A DNA stretch of 64,000 nucleotides from the NCBI GenBank assembly GCA_045648945.1, contig JAZROX010000027.1:8898-72897 (forward strand), in the 5' to 3' direction. Origin of the DNA: Candidatus Enterousia sp. (GTDB lineage: Bacteria; Pseudomonadota; Alphaproteobacteria; Rs-D84). Each line of letters opens with the position of its first letter. Within the stretch, counting starts at the first letter, position 1. Under the pieces are notes generated by a model. That model was not told the origin of the DNA and searched no databases. It worked only from the letters and a program-made list of their open reading frames with translations. The position numbers were made by a program, and so were the translations under genes. Positions 62,308 through 64,000 of the stretch are shown here, one piece after another.

Positions 62308-63939
62308 TTGCGTTTTTTTGCCCGAATGTTCGTTGTGATTTTGTCACCATTGGTGGTGTGTGCGGCTTTTGCCAGTAGTAAAGAGCAAGAGACGGAACAA
62401 AACCAGACGCAAACTGAACAAAATTCACTACAAGATGTTACACAGGAAGCAGCCCCATCCGCAAACGGATGTGAACCCGGAAAGAAAGATAGATTTGGAT
62501 TCTATATGTGTGATGGGAACAATGGGTGCGATGAAAACCACCACCCGAATCATGCGACCAAATGGGCGTGTGCAAATGTTGGTCGTACGTGTAATGTTTG
62601 TGTTGCAAAGGATTGTGATACCGCCAAGGGCTATAGCCTGGTCCAGGGACAAGGTTACTGCCAATACGCCAAAAATGCAAAAGAACAGCCACAAAATAAT
62701 TCAGAAAAAACTACAACCAAAAATAGATGTCATTCTATTGTTCCGGCCAATGGCACAGACACAACAGGCACACAATATTTGTGTTATACGTATAACTTGC
62801 CAGCGGGTGGCGAAACGCGCACATGTTATTATTGCGGAAATATGGCCGAATCAGACAAAGGATGTAAAGCCGGCGATAGTGTGATAGACTATGGGCCTAA
62901 AGGTTATAGGGTTTATACTTGCATGAAAAATGGATCTTGGCGATCAACAGCCGTAAAAAGTTGTTCTGGTGACCAATCGGGGCGCTTCATCAAGTTTCAG
63001 AAGAGTGCTTGTAAGATTCGGAATGCTCATGCTTTTTATTATGACGCTGGTGGTGATGACACTGATGCTGTGATAAATGTTTGCACGGTTCCGTTCAATG
63101 ATACTGAACAAGCAAAAAGCGCGTGCCAGGAAGGAGAGCCACAGGAAGAGGCGGGCGAAAAAAAATGCAAGGAAGGTGAAGCAGGCGCAAGCTGCGTCCA
63201 AACAGAAACATCAGGAACCAATCCAGCACAAGCGCAAGTTGAAGAAGCGGGGGCAGAAGTTGTGGAAGCAGAATCCGAAGAAGAGGCAAAACAACAGCAA
63301 GAGGCCGAAAAGAAAGCGGAATTAGAAGAAAAACTAAAGACCGCCCAGGCGGCGTTGGACAAGGCGAAAGAAAAAGAAAATTCGTGGGCAAATCGGGGTC
63401 TGACCGCGGTGTCAACCGCGGCGGCGGGATTGGGCGCGATGCAATTGGCCGAAGGTATTTCTGAAAAAATAAACGATGCCAAGGCCGAAGAGGATATGCG
63501 CGCATACATCACCACCATGAAATGCGACTATGGCAATGGGCAAAATATTATCGCCGGAAACGAAGAAATCTTTTTGCCGGGTGGAAATGAACTGTCGAAA
63601 TTATACATAAAATACAAAACACTGGCGGACAATTTGAAAAACACCAAGGCGGCATTGGGACTGCGCCCCGGAATCGAATCTGAGGTTTTATATGAACGCG
63701 CCGAATCCAACCTGTATAAAAATGCCAGTGTTGGCAAAACGGGTGGTGGATATGCTTCATTGTCGCGTGCGATTATGGATGGCCCAGAAAGTGAAGATGC
63801 CACCGCATTGGCCAAACAAAAAGAGACCAGCACCAAGAAAGTAACGGCGGGTGGTATTGCGACCGTCGTTGGTGTTGGTGGTGGCGCCGTTGGAAATTAC
63901 CTGATTAACGAACGTGGCACCGACAATAGCAAGAAATAA
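62308..63939 (+). CDS. Secreted protein: Cys-rich N-terminal half, acidic coiled-coil segment, Gly-rich hydrophobic C-terminal anchor
   Basis: TTG start 5 nt after AAAGGGGGA. Signal peptide MRFFARMFVVILSPLVVCAAFA. EEAGAEVVEAESEEEAKQQQEAEKKAELEEKLK. C-terminal GGIATVVGVGGGAVGNYLI. Confidence 0.7.
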   Translation: MRFFARMFVVILSPLVVCAAFASSKEQETEQNQTQTEQNSLQDVTQEAAPSANGCEPGKKDRFGFYMCDGNNGCDENHHPNHATKWACANVGRTCNVCVAKDCDTAKGYSLVQGQGYCQYAKNAKEQPQNNSEKTTTKNRCHSIVPANGTDTTGTQYLCYTYNLPAGGETRTCYYCGNMAESDKGCKAGDSVIDYGPKGYRVYTCMKNGSWRSTAVKSCSGDQSGRFIKFQKSACKIRNAHAFYYDAGGDDTDAVINVCTVPFNDTEQAKSACQEGEPQEEAGEKKCKEGEAGASCVQTETSGTNPAQAQVEEAGAEVVEAESEEEAKQQQEAEKKAELEEKLKTAQAALDKAKEKENSWANRGLTAVSTAAAGLGAMQLAEGISEKINDAKAEEDMRAYITTMKCDYGNGQNIIAGNEEIFLPGGNELSKLYIKYKTLADNLKNTKAALGLRPGIESEVLYERAESNLYKNASVGKTGGGYASLSRAIMDGPESEDATALAKQKETSTKKVTAGGIATVVGVGGGAVGNYLINERGTDNSKK

Positions 63940-64000
63940 AATCCCACGCATATTTTATCTGTTGCCATTTTGGGTTTTTGGTGGTACTATGCCGTCCGTA

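Noticed and set aside
62021-62428. 135-aa minus-strand ORF in the alaS-downstream spacer.
   Set aside because: It runs through palindromic repeats and overlaps the better-supported plus-strand gene starting at 62308.

Overview
The window looks like chromosomal DNA from an uncultivated, probably anaerobic and host-associated alphaproteobacterium. Supporting evidence is a circularly permuted two-piece tmRNA with an ANDN-type tag, a rubrerythrin gene, and prfB with the classic +1 frameshift.

Conserved housekeeping genes are present: amiC-like amidase, prfB, obg, ssrA, lon, tsaB, rimI, an MlaEFD/MCE operon, rne, rph, recG, mscL, aroK, hup and alaS, plus tRNA-Ser, tRNA-Arg, tRNA-Met/Ile and tRNA-His.

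Accessory material is interleaved with them:
1. A ~7 kb integrase/primase-helicase island lies between a tRNA-Arg 5' fragment and the intact tRNA-Arg. It carries an ankyrin-repeat lipoprotein.
2. There is a family of modular secreted proteins of 317, 330, 516, 1448 and 3306 aa. They are built from shared cassettes: BspA-type LRR, Listeria-Bacteroides repeats, ephrin-receptor-like Cys-rich repeats and an unassigned PARR..GMYD..GTG-F-AGP module. Two of them are preceded by a conserved ~220 nt structured leader that ends in a terminator-like hairpin.
3. Intergenic repeats form a dense mosaic: the GTCCCCTTCA..GGGGTAGAC composite hairpins, TAGTGGN heptamer arrays, TCCGTCT hairpins and CCACCCACAAA palindromes.
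4. tRNA 3' ends are duplicated in a way that looks like integration scars.
5. Small orphan genes occur as tandem paralog pairs.
6. lon and alaS are C-terminally truncated.

No CRISPR array, rRNA or transposase was seen. The best candidate for something undescribed is the surface-protein cassette family together with its shared leader and mosaic-repeat regulatory region.

All calls come from reading the sequence and the ORF track. No database search was possible.
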